Source: Myxococcota bacterium
GTDB lineage: Bacteria; Myxococcota_A; SURF-8
Direction: 5' to 3'
NCBI GenBank assembly: GCA_965140415.1
Contig: OZ223209.1
Coordinates: 2,144,001 to 2,208,000 of the forward strand
DNA length: 64,000 bases
Shown: positions 27,224 to 37,317 of the stretch, in pieces
Position numbering within the stretch: position 1 is the first letter of the stretch
How the letters are laid out: the number at the start of each line of letters is the position of its first letter
The notes under the pieces: model-generated
What the model was told of the DNA's origin: nothing
The model's input: only the letters and a program-made list of their open reading frames with translations
Databases searched by the model: none
Program-made: the position numbers and the translations under genes

Positions 27224-28724
27224 GGGAGTGGGCCATTTTTAAAGTGCGCTCATGCCGCCTTTCTTATGGAATCAAAGACAGCTTCGGCGAACTTGGCTGG
27301 TCCCACCGATGATCTCAAGGCCCGCAAAGTCGCCATGCGTTGCGCGTTTTTCTTAGACCACATCATTCCAGACAATTTCATCCGCTTCTGCAAGACCGTT
27401 TTGTGTGAGCTTTCGATAGATCCACTGCCTATAGGCCAGCCTCGCTTTAGAAACTCCCGGTAGTTCAGGCGATTCCGATTCGACTCCAGATAGTCCAGAA
27501 ACTTCCTGAAAGTCAACGCTCGATTCTTGTCGATCTTCTTTCGCGGTCGATACGGAATATGCTCTTTCACAAGATCGAAAACCGCGTCTTTTTCCTTCCA
27601 GATCAGCCGATGCGTCAGGGCGTTCATGAAGCATGATGCCGCATCGCTATCCTCGCCATAAGCCTGATCCGCCGCAGCCTCTCCGTGTTCCACTACATGA
27701 TAAAAATCAAGCAGCTCAAGAGCTTGAGGACACAAACGATCCTTCATCTTCCAGATCCACGGCGCACCATCTGCAATCCAGAATACCTCCCGCTTTCTCA
27801 ATCTGGCGAAGCCCGGAGACTCCCTCAACTGAGATTCAAAACGATCCTTGTCTCCGGTCTCGGCAAAATAAACACGTTCGGTTTTGCCTATTGCCTGTAC
27901 GCTCATCAGCTTGGTTTCATGCCAGCCATCCGTATGCCGGATCATCGAACCGTCGACCTGAATCATGATCGGAGAATGTTCACGCTTCGTTCCGACAGGC
28001 AACTCGATCACCGGGCATGGGCGTTCACGATCCGCAAACGGTGCACTCTTGCGTTCGAAAACATGCTTGAGTTTGGTGGCTGACAAACGGATTCCGTGGT
28101 GCAGTTCCAGTCGTTCGCGGGACGCCTCGAAGGTATCGGTCACCACGAAATCCAATACCTGTTTCAAGACATCCCGCGAGAGATTGTCTTCGTCGAATCC
28201 CATTTCGATGTCCCGCGGATAAAAACCATGGCCGCAACGGCAGACGTGGTAATTGCGAAAGACAGCAACCTCGCCGAAGCGGGTTACAATCGTCCGTTTC
28301 ACTCCATATTTCTTCACCCACGCATTCATGCCGCATTTCGGACAGGCAACAGCCGCTGCCTTGCCCTCGGGATCCGACCACTTGCGGGAAAGCCTTACAC
28401 ATGCCTGCCGATGATAATCCAGAAGCTCGTCAACTTCCTCATCGTAGCTATCCTCGTAACCGGCGCGATCCATATCGTCTGTTTTTCGCCCCATCGTGTC
28501 CTCCTTCCAAATTCAGGCTTACACGATTGAACAAATCACACACTAAATTAATTCCCGCCCGACCTCAATCGTCTGTCCCTCCGTCGTCCACCCGTCCGGC
28601 GCTCGGGTCGCTCTCCAGCGGAGCCCTATCCTCCGGGCGGGGATGGCCAGTGTACCACGAAAAAGATGATTGGAAAGGCAACTTGTGCTACGATTCAAAC
28701 AGTCGAGCCGCATGGCTCATTCTC
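27224..28724 (-). mobile_element. ISKra4/ISLre2-like insertion sequence, tentative ends
   Basis: Imperfect terminal IRs GGGAGTGGGCCAT and GAGAATGAGCCAT (10/13); no target duplication seen. Confidence 0.5.
27250..28494 (-). CDS. ISKra4-family (UPF0236-like) DDE transposase
   Basis: CPKC...CRC zinc ribbon, QVDG, IADGAPWIW, LLDFYH, PIGSGSIESSHK...RMKLSGMMWS. Confidence 0.9.
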   Translation of the reverse strand: MGRKTDDMDRAGYEDSYDEEVDELLDYHRQACVRLSRKWSDPEGKAAAVACPKCGMNAWVKKYGVKRTIVTRFGEVAVFRNYHVCRCGHGFYPRDIEMGFDEDNLSRDVLKQVLDFVVTDTFEASRERLELHHGIRLSATKLKHVFERKSAPFADRERPCPVIELPVGTKREHSPIMIQVDGSMIRHTDGWHETKLMSVQAIGKTERVYFAETGDKDRFESQLRESPGFARLRKREVFWIADGAPWIWKMKDRLCPQALELLDFYHVVEHGEAAADQAYGEDSDAASCFMNALTHRLIWKEKDAVFDLVKEHIPYRPRKKIDKNRALTFRKFLDYLESNRNRLNYREFLKRGWPIGSGSIESSHKTVLQKRMKLSGMMWSKKNAQRMATLRALRSSVGPAKFAEAVFDSIRKAA

Positions 28725-28984
28725 AACCCGGATTCTAACTCGTCAAGTGGTCCATACAACGGGGAGCAAAGCACCGATCCTGAGTTTTCAATTCTTCCTC
28801 ACCTGATAAACTCTCAAGTGGGGAGCTTAGAAAAATCCTTGCGTGTTCAAGGAAAACATGTAAGAATTATGCGCTTCTAGAGCCGATCTCGTAAAAAGAA
28901 GGTCGTAGGCCAACGGCAAAACGGGTGCGAGATGGGTCTTGCCGATTTTTTCAAAGTAGCGGATTGATTGCAGGAGGAAGAAGG

Positions 28985-30244
28985 GTGTTTGCCAAGCATA
29001 CCATCGTCGTCATCGTTGTAGCTTTATTCTGTGGATTGTTTCTATGGTCGGGTTCCGCACAAGCGGCCAAGCCGTTGGGCAAGTTGTTGTATCTGCCGAT
29101 TGTAGCCGGGCCCAACGTCGATAGTGACGACCTGGAAAAGATCGACCAGATTCTTAGCGAACGCATGAAGAAATTCATCAAGTTCGACGTTTACACTCTC
29201 AACGGTTTCGAAGACAAATACGGTCGGAAGAAAGCCCGTAGATTGATGCAGTGCGGCGTGGATCTCGGTTGCATCGATAAGCGCTTGCGTCGTGCGGACT
29301 ATCAACTGGTCGTCCTTGGAGAAGCCAAAAAGCATGGTAAAAGTCGCATCAAGGTTTCCTTTAAAGTTTACAATCTGCTCGACGGAAAAGTGAAGAAAGA
29401 CGAAACGTTCAAAGTTTCCGTACGCAAATTTGCAGATAATCCGTATGCCCGGAAATGGACGATCGCATTATTGACGCCTCCGGAAAGCCTGCTGTCCAAG
29501 GAAGAGGAACCGGAGCCGGAACTGTTCGAAGATGAAGAAGAACCGGAACCGGAGCCGAAACATGTGCGCAAACCGGAGCGCAAGAGTCGCAAAAAGTCTC
29601 GCAGCAGCAGACTGGCCAGCGAAAAGTCGGTGCGTTCGGGAATCAAGGCGGCGTATCTCTCCTTCGTCAGTGGGGACATTAACGAAGCCATCGGAAAAAT
29701 CAAGGATGTCACCCAGCGTCGCTGTGGTTGCGATGCCGACGGAAAAGCCTTTGGCATGAAAGCGATGATGGAAGCGTTTGCCGTTGCCGATGCCAAGGTG
29801 GACAAAGCCATGAAGCAGGGCGACAGTCGCACGATTATCGGCAACTTGGAAGAGATGCGCACCCTGGAAGGGGAGTTGCAGGAAGAAGGTCAACGCCTGG
29901 GTGTGGAAAAGAAAAGCCGTTACGCCGATGAGATGAACAGCAAGTTCGCCAAAGGCTATGCGCTTCAGGGCAAAGGCCAGATGAAACAACAGAATTACCT
30001 GGACGCCCGCGATAGCTTCAATAAGGCGCTGGAGTACGATCCGAACGATGCCGAGGCGAAGGAATTGCTGGCCAAGATTCCGCAGCAGGCCAAGCAACTC
30101 TACATGCAGGCGACATACATGGCGGATTACGCACCGGAAGAAGCGAAAAAGAAGCTTGAACAGGTGTTGGAATTGGTTTCCCAGGACGATCCGCTCTACG
30201 AAGACGCACAGGAGAAACTACAGGACATCGAAGATATGGAGTAG
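28985..30244 (+). CDS. Exported protein with N-terminal alpha/beta domain and C-terminal TPR
   Basis: Signal peptide (AQA), E/P-rich linker, ALEYDPND TPR; GTG start after GGAGG. Confidence 0.7.
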   Translation: MFAKHTIVVIVVALFCGLFLWSGSAQAAKPLGKLLYLPIVAGPNVDSDDLEKIDQILSERMKKFIKFDVYTLNGFEDKYGRKKARRLMQCGVDLGCIDKRLRRADYQLVVLGEAKKHGKSRIKVSFKVYNLLDGKVKKDETFKVSVRKFADNPYARKWTIALLTPPESLLSKEEEPEPELFEDEEEPEPEPKHVRKPERKSRKKSRSSRLASEKSVRSGIKAAYLSFVSGDINEAIGKIKDVTQRRCGCDADGKAFGMKAMMEAFAVADAKVDKAMKQGDSRTIIGNLEEMRTLEGELQEEGQRLGVEKKSRYADEMNSKFAKGYALQGKGQMKQQNYLDARDSFNKALEYDPNDAEAKELLAKIPQQAKQLYMQATYMADYAPEEAKKKLEQVLELVSQDDPLYEDAQEKLQDIEDME

Positions 30245-30295
30245 GTGCCTCCGGCAAGCGGAAGCTATCGACCGACAAAGGCAAAGGAGAGGGAT

Positions 30296-33200
30296 GTGCC
30301 CGGCAAGTATACGTGGACCGACCTCGGACGGCTTTGGGTACGAAATGCGGCGTGCTTGTTGCTTATGTGCTGCCTGTGGCTATCCTGTGGTGTTTCAGAG
30401 AGTTTCGCGAATTCATCCCAGGCTGCTACATTGGGGGTCGTCGATTTGCTCCCTCATCGCGATACTGTGTCAAAATTGGCGTTGGTTGATTTTCACAGCT
30501 TGCAGCACAACCAGGATTACAGTCGCGGTGTTCTGACTCTGATCGAGAATCGCCTTCTGGCTCACCCTGGCTTTGCCAAGAAATTGGAGTTATTACCGTA
30601 TTCGGAACTGCTGGATGCGTTACGAGCCGAAAACAAAACGGAATCCGTATCTCCATTGGATCTACCCTGGTTGACGCGTTTGATTGCCACGGATTGTCTG
30701 ATCTTTGTCGACGAACGCTTCAATGGGCGCGACTGGTACTGGCATGTACGAATCTATAGTGGTCGGTCCGGCGCTTTCTTGCATGCATTCGATGTTTCCC
30801 TGCATGAAACCCACATGATGTGGACAATCGATGAGTTTGTGGAGGGACTGCTAGCTGCTGTCTGCTATAAGAAAGTTCCTTCCAAGCCGCAAGTCCGAAC
30901 TGCCATTCAAGTGTTGCCCGGCAGCCTGGAGAGATTGGGAAAAATCGCATTGGATTGCAGTCGGGAGCGTTGTTTGCAGCGTCTGCCGGAGTTTAAATGG
31001 ATTCACGAACGGAATCCTGCCTTATTGCAACTATTGCTAAATAAGCCGAGCTATATTACTGCGCTATCAAATGAGACCGAAAGTCCGGTTGAGATGGCGC
31101 GTATCAATCTGCTGGAAGACAAGCCGATTGAAGTGTCGATCAAGCTGGAAAACAAGTTGGCCCAGGTTCGTTCAAGAGAGGAGAGGATTCGTTTCCTGTC
31201 ATTGATTGGCCGAGCGGCGGTGTTGCAGGGGCGACGGGAAAAGGCGGAAGAGGTCTATCTCGAATTGAAAAAGCTTTCTCCCAGGCACCCGGATCTTGCA
31301 TTGGGCTTCGCATGGTTGCAGGAAGCCGCCAAAAATTACGAAGAAGCCGTCCGTGCCTATCAGGATATTTTGCGTCGCGATCCGGATCAACTGGAAGCTG
31401 CGGAGCATCTGGTAAACGTTTATTGGGAACAGAAGAATAACGACGCGGCCTGGCAGGCGAAAGTGCAGGTCGCAAAGATTCTCTGGAACCGTGGGGATTA
31501 TCTGCGCAGCAATGTGCTGTGGATGGAATTGATCGACCATGCGTTTACAGTCGAATGGTTGCCCTATTTGCGCATCGAGTTACTTTCTTCCGTGGATCGA
31601 AAAAACTTGGCGACGATTCTGAATCAGCAAGGGATCGGCAAAGGCGGAAACGAAAAGGAAATCTTCTATCATCTGGCAAGGCTCAAATTGCAGTCCGGTG
31701 AGCAGGAGGAAGGTGGGCGCGTGTTGCAAGGTGTTTTGCAAATGGCGCCGGACGATCCGGCTCTGTTGATGTTGTCACTGGAACACCATCTATACAATTT
31801 GAATGACTTGGTCGCTGCACAGCGCATTCTGGATCAAATGCCTTCTCGTATCCGTCCGCCGATGATGGCGGCCTATGTGGCGGAGAAGCTCAATCGTTTT
31901 GCCGAGGCGGAACGCATTTTGGCGAAAGCGACATTCGATAAGGCTTTCGACTTTGAAGTTCTACTTTATCGGGGACGCTTGCTTGCTCTGGCGGGAGAAT
32001 GGAAAAAATCCTTGCGTGTTTTTATGCGTGCGAAAGATGTTGATCCAACCCGTGAGGAAGTGTATAGGCAACTTGAGGAAATTTACAGGCAGCAGAAAAA
32101 CGAGTCGGAAGAGAAGCAGGCTTTAGGCATGGTCTGGTCGCTTTCCGGCAAATCGATGGATCTTTCCGACGTTTCCGACCATGTGTTTTACAGCGAGTAC
32201 AATCGGTTGATCTTGCCTCATCCGATCGTTCATCTCCAGGGCAAAAAGGTGCTGCCTTTGCAGCAGGTGTTGTTGCTGGACGGCATGCCTTCACCGGTAC
32301 CCGCTACGGATTGGGAAAAGGCGATGAGTTATCTGCGTCCCTATCTTCCTCGCAAGAACCAGCAAATTTACGAGGAAGTCAAAAACGCGTTACGCCATCG
32401 TTTCGAGGTGATCGAGGATGTGGCCATTCAACAGGAACTGTGGAATCGCCTAGAGGAAACGGATGGGGAAGTCGGCAGGGCGTTTACGCGGAGTCAGTTA
32501 TTGGAGTTGGCCAGTCGAGCCAGAGTGGATGCCGTGTTTGCCGTCGTGTCGAATGAAATGGGAGAAGAGAGCACCGGGATCGTGAATATCAATACTTCCC
32601 TGTATTCCTTTGATAGCGACGGAAATACGATATACGGAAGCCGAGTACATAAACAAACTCCTTATCTTGCCATATACCGTTTCAATTCGAACTTGTTGGC
32701 ATCTCCGCTAATCGCGATGCTTTTCCTTTTGTTTTTATATTTGCGATTTACACGCATGACACGGCATTGGAGCAAGCCGTTGGAAAAGGCCCGTTTTCTG
32801 GTAAAACAGGGAAATCTTCAGAAAGCGGCAATGCTATTGGAAAAGTATGGGTATTACGAAGATCACCTGGAGTTGCAGGGGCATTTGTACGCGCGCTACG
32901 GCGAGTATCAGAAAGCGCTGGAAGCGTTTTATCGTGCCAAGGATTTTGAAAATGCCGTATTGGTATTGCGAAGCTGTCCCGACAACGAGGAAACCAGCAA
33001 CATGGCGGCGGAAGTGTTTTTTCAATTGAAGCAGTTCGGTCGTGCGGAAGCTTATTACAAGAAAACGAAAAACCTGCTCGGGTTGGCCAAAGTGTATCAG
33101 GCTACCGGACAGACCAATAGGGCCGGGCGTGTATTGGGGCAATACTATTTCGAGGCGAACAATCCCCAGGCTGCGATCGAAGAATACCGCAAAATCAGTG

Positions 33201-33331
33201 ACTTCGAACGTGCGGCGACCGTATTGTTTTATTACGGCAAATATCAACCGGCTGCCGGATTGTTCCGCAAGGCGGGCAACGATCAGATGGTGCGCAAATG
33301 TATGGCGCGCTTGAAGGGGCAGAAAAAATAA
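30296..33331 (+). CDS. Large membrane-anchored TPR-repeat protein
   Basis: N-terminal hydrophobic segment, multiple TPR units, one TM near the C-terminal fifth, then helical repeats. Confidence 0.75.
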   Translation: MPGKYTWTDLGRLWVRNAACLLLMCCLWLSCGVSESFANSSQAATLGVVDLLPHRDTVSKLALVDFHSLQHNQDYSRGVLTLIENRLLAHPGFAKKLELLPYSELLDALRAENKTESVSPLDLPWLTRLIATDCLIFVDERFNGRDWYWHVRIYSGRSGAFLHAFDVSLHETHMMWTIDEFVEGLLAAVCYKKVPSKPQVRTAIQVLPGSLERLGKIALDCSRERCLQRLPEFKWIHERNPALLQLLLNKPSYITALSNETESPVEMARINLLEDKPIEVSIKLENKLAQVRSREERIRFLSLIGRAAVLQGRREKAEEVYLELKKLSPRHPDLALGFAWLQEAAKNYEEAVRAYQDILRRDPDQLEAAEHLVNVYWEQKNNDAAWQAKVQVAKILWNRGDYLRSNVLWMELIDHAFTVEWLPYLRIELLSSVDRKNLATILNQQGIGKGGNEKEIFYHLARLKLQSGEQEEGGRVLQGVLQMAPDDPALLMLSLEHHLYNLNDLVAAQRILDQMPSRIRPPMMAAYVAEKLNRFAEAERILAKATFDKAFDFEVLLYRGRLLALAGEWKKSLRVFMRAKDVDPTREEVYRQLEEIYRQQKNESEEKQALGMVWSLSGKSMDLSDVSDHVFYSEYNRLILPHPIVHLQGKKVLPLQQVLLLDGMPSPVPATDWEKAMSYLRPYLPRKNQQIYEEVKNALRHRFEVIEDVAIQQELWNRLEETDGEVGRAFTRSQLLELASRARVDAVFAVVSNEMGEESTGIVNINTSLYSFDSDGNTIYGSRVHKQTPYLAIYRFNSNLLASPLIAMLFLLFLYLRFTRMTRHWSKPLEKARFLVKQGNLQKAAMLLEKYGYYEDHLELQGHLYARYGEYQKALEAFYRAKDFENAVLVLRSCPDNEETSNMAAEVFFQLKQFGRAEAYYKKTKNLLGLAKVYQATGQTNRAGRVLGQYYFEANNPQAAIEEYRKISDFERAATVLFYYGKYQPAAGLFRKAGNDQMVRKCMARLKGQKK

Positions 33332-33339
33332 GGTTCGGC

Positions 33340-34140
33340 ATGAAAGTCGCTTGTGTTCAGTTTTCCCCGCGACATGGGCGGGTTCAGCAGAATCGCGAAC
33401 GAATGGCGGCGCTGTGGCCTGCCGATGCTCAACTGGTCGTTTTTCCTGAACTCGCTACCACCGGATACCTGCATACCTCCACACAAACATTATTGCCTCT
33501 GGCGGAGCAGCCGAACGGTCCAACCGCGCAATTTATTTGCGAGCAATGCAAGAAGACAGGCAGTCTGGCGGTATATGGCTTCGCCGAACGGGAAGGGGAG
33601 CGAATCTATAACAGCAGTGCGCTTGTCGGTCCGGACGGATTGATCGGCGTGTATCGCAAGGTGCACCTGTTTGCCAACGAAGCGAACTTGTTTTCTCCCG
33701 GAGAGCGGGAATGGCCGGTCTTCGAAGTGAACGGCGTTCGCCTGGGAATGATGATCTGCTTTGACTGGATCGTGCCGGAGGCGGCGCGGGTGCTGGCGTT
33801 AAAGGGAGCGGACATTCTGTGTCATCCAAGTAATCTGGTGTTGACGTACTGTCAGGATGCCATGCGCACCCGCTGCTTGGAAAACGCTGTGTTTGCCTTG
33901 ACTTGCAATCGGATCGGTTCCGAGTCCGTGGGACGGGACACGCTGACTTTCACCGGGCAAAGCCAGATCGTATCACCCTTGGGTGAGCGATTGGCCCAGG
34001 CTGCGCAAGCGGAAGAGGAAGTCATTTGTGTGGAGATCGATCCGGAACGTTCTCGGAATAAATTCATTACCGAAACCAATCACTTATTCGAGCAGCGACG
34101 ACCCGAGCTGTATCGAAAGCTCTATGAGACGAAGACATGA
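33340..34140 (+). CDS. Nitrilase-related carbon-nitrogen hydrolase
   Basis: FPEL, YRKVHL and ICFD catalytic E-K-C triad. Confidence 0.93.
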   Translation: MKVACVQFSPRHGRVQQNRERMAALWPADAQLVVFPELATTGYLHTSTQTLLPLAEQPNGPTAQFICEQCKKTGSLAVYGFAEREGERIYNSSALVGPDGLIGVYRKVHLFANEANLFSPGEREWPVFEVNGVRLGMMICFDWIVPEAARVLALKGADILCHPSNLVLTYCQDAMRTRCLENAVFALTCNRIGSESVGRDTLTFTGQSQIVSPLGERLAQAAQAEEEVICVEIDPERSRNKFITETNHLFEQRRPELYRKLYETKT

Positions 34141-34604
34141 CGGACAAGCGGACCTACCGTCGCAATGTGGCGGCGTTTATCATCGACGGCAAAGGAAAGG
34201 TGCTGGCTTGTGAACGGCGGGACCGTCCCGGAGCCTGGCAACTGCCTCAAGGTGGTGTGGAAACCGGCGAGAGTGACGAAGTCGCCCTGTTTCGTGAAAT
34301 TCAGGAAGAAATCGGCTGCGGCGATCTGGAACTGATAGCGCTTTCACAAACATGCTATCGCTACGACTTTCCAGATTGGCTGAGCAATACACCCATTGCG
34401 CAGGCTTTTCGCGGGCAGGAACAACGATTTGGCGTGTTGCGTTTTCTGCCCGGTGGTTGCCCGGATATCACGCAGGCGGATCATGAGTTCCGAGACTTTG
34501 CCTGGATGGAACCGCAGTCGCTGATTGACCAGCTAGTCGAATTCAAGCGGAAGGCTTGTCAGGCGGCGTATGAAGAGTTGCGAATGGCTATCGAAGTGAC
34601 TTGA
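34137..34604 (+). CDS. rppH: RNA pyrophosphohydrolase (NUDIX)
   Basis: YRRNV, WQLPQGG...REIQEEIG Nudix box, RGQEQ, VEFKR. Confidence 0.85.
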   Translation: MTDKRTYRRNVAAFIIDGKGKVLACERRDRPGAWQLPQGGVETGESDEVALFREIQEEIGCGDLELIALSQTCYRYDFPDWLSNTPIAQAFRGQEQRFGVLRFLPGGCPDITQADHEFRDFAWMEPQSLIDQLVEFKRKACQAAYEELRMAIEVT

Positions 34605-34723
34605 AGTGCTGGTAGATCGACCTGCTTGGGCTTAAGCTGCCGCGTAGTGTTCATTGTGCCTATACGATGCATCATGCTGTGATGAATCGAACCATAACCC
34701 GGATGACTGCTAGGAGATTGATC

Positions 34724-35230
34724 ATGAGTTTGCCTCCATTGAACATCGATGAAATCCTGCAAATGGCGGAAAAGATCGAAACAAACGGGGCTGCGTTTTA
34801 TCGTCGCGCCGCAGAGCACATGCAGGAACCGGATGCCGTGCGATTGCTTACCGGATTGGCAGAAATGGAGGATGGACACGAGGCGCTGTTCAAGAAGATG
34901 CGCCAGCAAGTCGCAAAGGATTTTGCGGTGCAGGGTTACGATCCCGATAATGAGGCCATGCTGTATTTGCAAGCCCTGGCCGACGGTCACATCTTCAAGC
35001 GCGACGAAAAGCCAGAGGAAACCTTTTCCGGATTGGAAACGGTGGAAGAAGTTTTCGAGCAGGCGATCGAGCGCGAAAAAGATGCGATCGTTTTCTTTTT
35101 AGGTTTGAAGGATGTGACTCCGAGCGAGTGGGGCAAGCAGCAACTGGAAGCGATCATCCAGGAGGAAAAGGGGCATGTCAGCCTGCTGAGTCGGGCGCTG
35201 AGCAGTTATAAAGAAAACCTGCCGGAGTAG
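34724..35230 (+). CDS. Ferritin-like (rubrerythrin-family) diiron protein
   Basis: E...FY...EDGH and E...EEKGH motifs. Confidence 0.88.
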   Translation: MSLPPLNIDEILQMAEKIETNGAAFYRRAAEHMQEPDAVRLLTGLAEMEDGHEALFKKMRQQVAKDFAVQGYDPDNEAMLYLQALADGHIFKRDEKPEETFSGLETVEEVFEQAIEREKDAIVFFLGLKDVTPSEWGKQQLEAIIQEEKGHVSLLSRALSSYKENLPE

Positions 35231-35267
35231 CTGAGGGGATACTTGTATTTGGAAATATGGAGAAAAG

Positions 35268-35777
35268 ATGAACGATCTCAACGAACTGAAAAATGCACTG
35301 CGCCAGGCGATTCAGGCGGAAAACGAAGGCCATTACTTTTACAAAATGGCGGCTGCCAGCACCAGCGACGAGCAGGGGAAAAAGGTCTTTGCTGAATTGG
35401 CGGAAGACGAACTGGGCCACGCCACATATCTGAAACTCAATTACGATTCAATCGAAAAGACCGGATCGCTGGACGCGGATGCGAGCCTGGGTAATGCTCC
35501 GGTTTTCGACAGCGTCAACCCGATCTTTTCGGAGAAACTATTGGCGCGCATCAAAGATGCTCACTACGAAATGACGGCGCTTTCGGTGGCGATTCAATTG
35601 GAGCAGTCTGCCCAGACTTTCTATCGTCAGCAGGCCGAAAAGACCGAAGATGCTGCGCTTAAGCGTTTCTTCAATGAACTGGCCGATTGGGAATCGAAGC
35701 ACTATCATGCTCTGTTAAAGCAGCAAACCGCCTTGAAAGAGCAGTACTGGCAGGCGAATCGTTTCTCTCCGATGTAA
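35268..35777 (+). CDS. Ferritin-like (rubrerythrin-family) diiron protein
   Basis: E...FY...ELGH and E...FY...ESKH motifs. Confidence 0.88.
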   Translation: MNDLNELKNALRQAIQAENEGHYFYKMAAASTSDEQGKKVFAELAEDELGHATYLKLNYDSIEKTGSLDADASLGNAPVFDSVNPIFSEKLLARIKDAHYEMTALSVAIQLEQSAQTFYRQQAEKTEDAALKRFFNELADWESKHYHALLKQQTALKEQYWQANRFSPM

Positions 35778-35863
35778 GATCCTTGTCGCAAAACAGTCGG
35801 TGTCATTTCTTGTGGGCGTAAACGGAATTAGACCTTGTATTATTTGAAATGTGCCACATTCAA

Positions 35864-35902
35864 GGGTGCCACGGTCTTTCGCCCATAAGGCGAATGGCCG
35901 TG
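35864..35902. repeat. REP-like hairpin between convergent genes
   Basis: GGGTGC-CACGGTC-TTTCGCC-CATAA-GGCGAAT-GGCCGTG. Confidence 0.5.
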
Positions 35903-35990
35903 CAATTTGGAGAATTCCAGGCCATCGATTCGTACCGAATCGAAGACCCGGCCACCCATTACCAATAGCGCAACTCAACTAATAGTGACT

Positions 35991-36449
35991 CTAATCTCTA
36001 TATTCGCGAACCAACGCGCTCATCACGTCATCCAGTTTTGAAAGAATGCGCGAGCGGTCCTTCTGTGCCATCGGGGCGGGCCCGCCCGTCATCACTCCCA
36101 GGTTGCGCAGGTGCTCGTTTACCTGGCGCGACGCCAACGCCGAACCGATGGACTCCTCCGTAAATTCGCGTCCTTTGCTGCCCAGTACGCGCGCTCCATT
36201 CTTCAAGCAACGACTGGCCAGCGGAATATCCGCCGTGACCACCAAATCTCCTGTTTCAGCACGCTCGGCGATCCAGTCGTCCGCTTCATCGAAATGTTGT
36301 CCCACCACCACTGCTTCGATAAGGGGGGAGGCCGGTACGTTCAAATATTTGTTTGCAACCACGAAGACCTTCAGTTGGTAACGCGCGGCGACCTTGTAAA
36401 CTTGTTCTTTCACCGGGCAGCCGTCGGCGTCGATATAGACTGTCAGCAT
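35991..36449 (-). CDS. YaiI/YqxD family protein (DUF188)
   Basis: [22 protein letters not shown]. Confidence 0.92.
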   Translation of the reverse strand: MLTVYIDADGCPVKEQVYKVAARYQLKVFVVANKYLNVPASPLIEAVVVGQHFDEADDWIAERAETGDLVVTADIPLASRCLKNGARVLGSKGREFTEESIGSALASRQVNEHLRNLGVMTGGPAPMAQKDRSRILSKLDDVMSALVREYRD

Positions 36450-36490
36450 ACGTTTGAACTCCTTGATGCTTCGTGAGGTTTCGTGTCGGA

Positions 36491-37309
36491 CTATTTCAGT
36501 CCGCGAGGCAGCGGGCGACGATGCGCGTCGGGGCGTTTTGTCGCTCCCTTGACCTTGACCAGAATCGGCAGAAAAATGTCCTTAACCGTGGCGTCCGTGG
36601 TGCGAACAATCAAGCGGCCACTCAAGTTTCCCTGGATGTTTGCAGGTACCGAAATCTTGAAAGAAAGCGTGGTTTCGGCGTTGGGCTGCAAGGTTTTCCG
36701 CTTGATATCGGCTACGATCTCCGGGCGCGAACTCTCCAAACTCGTGAGCGTGAATTTGCGCTTGCTGTTGTTTTTCAGCCGAACCGTTGCCTCCATGGTC
36801 TGTCCTGCCTTGGGGCATTCCAGCAGCAGCAGACGCGGTTCGAAATCCAGTTCCACGATCACGACGGATTTTAAAATCAAGGTGACTTTGGGGTTCTTCG
36901 GATCGTTGCTGCGCACGACAATCGGTTTTTCCAATTTGCCGCGTTTGTTCGTTGTATCGAAGCGCACCTTGACGGCGTCCTTGCCGCCGGGAGGAATGCG
37001 CGTTTGACCGACGGTGGCGGCGGTGCAGCCGCAGGATGACTCGATCTTCCAGATCTGCAAGTCGCTTGTTCCCTTGTTGTGAAAAACAAACGAAGCTTCC
37101 ACGGCTTGCCCCTGAACCAGTTTCCCGAAGTCGTGTTCGCTGCGCTCGAAGACAATCTTCGGGGCTTGCGCCGCTGTTTCCGTGGTCTCACTCTCCGTCG
37201 CTTGGGTGCTTGTCTGCCAGAAAACGGCAAGCAGTGCAGCCAGTGTAATGAGCACGGGTTGTATTATTCGCTTCATATCGCAGGTTTTCGTGTTTGAGCA
37301 GCGCTTCAT
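36491..37309 (-). CDS. DUF1573 domain exported protein
   Basis: HDFG, SSCGCT and IPPG motifs; signal peptide; GAGGAG RBS. Confidence 0.88.
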   Translation of the reverse strand: MKRCSNTKTCDMKRIIQPVLITLAALLAVFWQTSTQATESETTETAAQAPKIVFERSEHDFGKLVQGQAVEASFVFHNKGTSDLQIWKIESSCGCTAATVGQTRIPPGGKDAVKVRFDTTNKRGKLEKPIVVRSNDPKNPKVTLILKSVVIVELDFEPRLLLLECPKAGQTMEATVRLKNNSKRKFTLTSLESSRPEIVADIKRKTLQPNAETTLSFKISVPANIQGNLSGRLIVRTTDATVKDIFLPILVKVKGATKRPDAHRRPLPRGLK

Positions 37310-37317
37310 CTTGCTCC

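Noticed and set aside
26635-27312. 225-aa ORF as an intact gene
   Set aside because: Chimera of intron domain V, a JAB-like fragment and the IS end
28912-28945. c-di-GMP-I riboswitch suggested by GGCAAA
   Set aside because: The conserved GNRA-capped P2 and the GCAAAGC/P3 elements are not present
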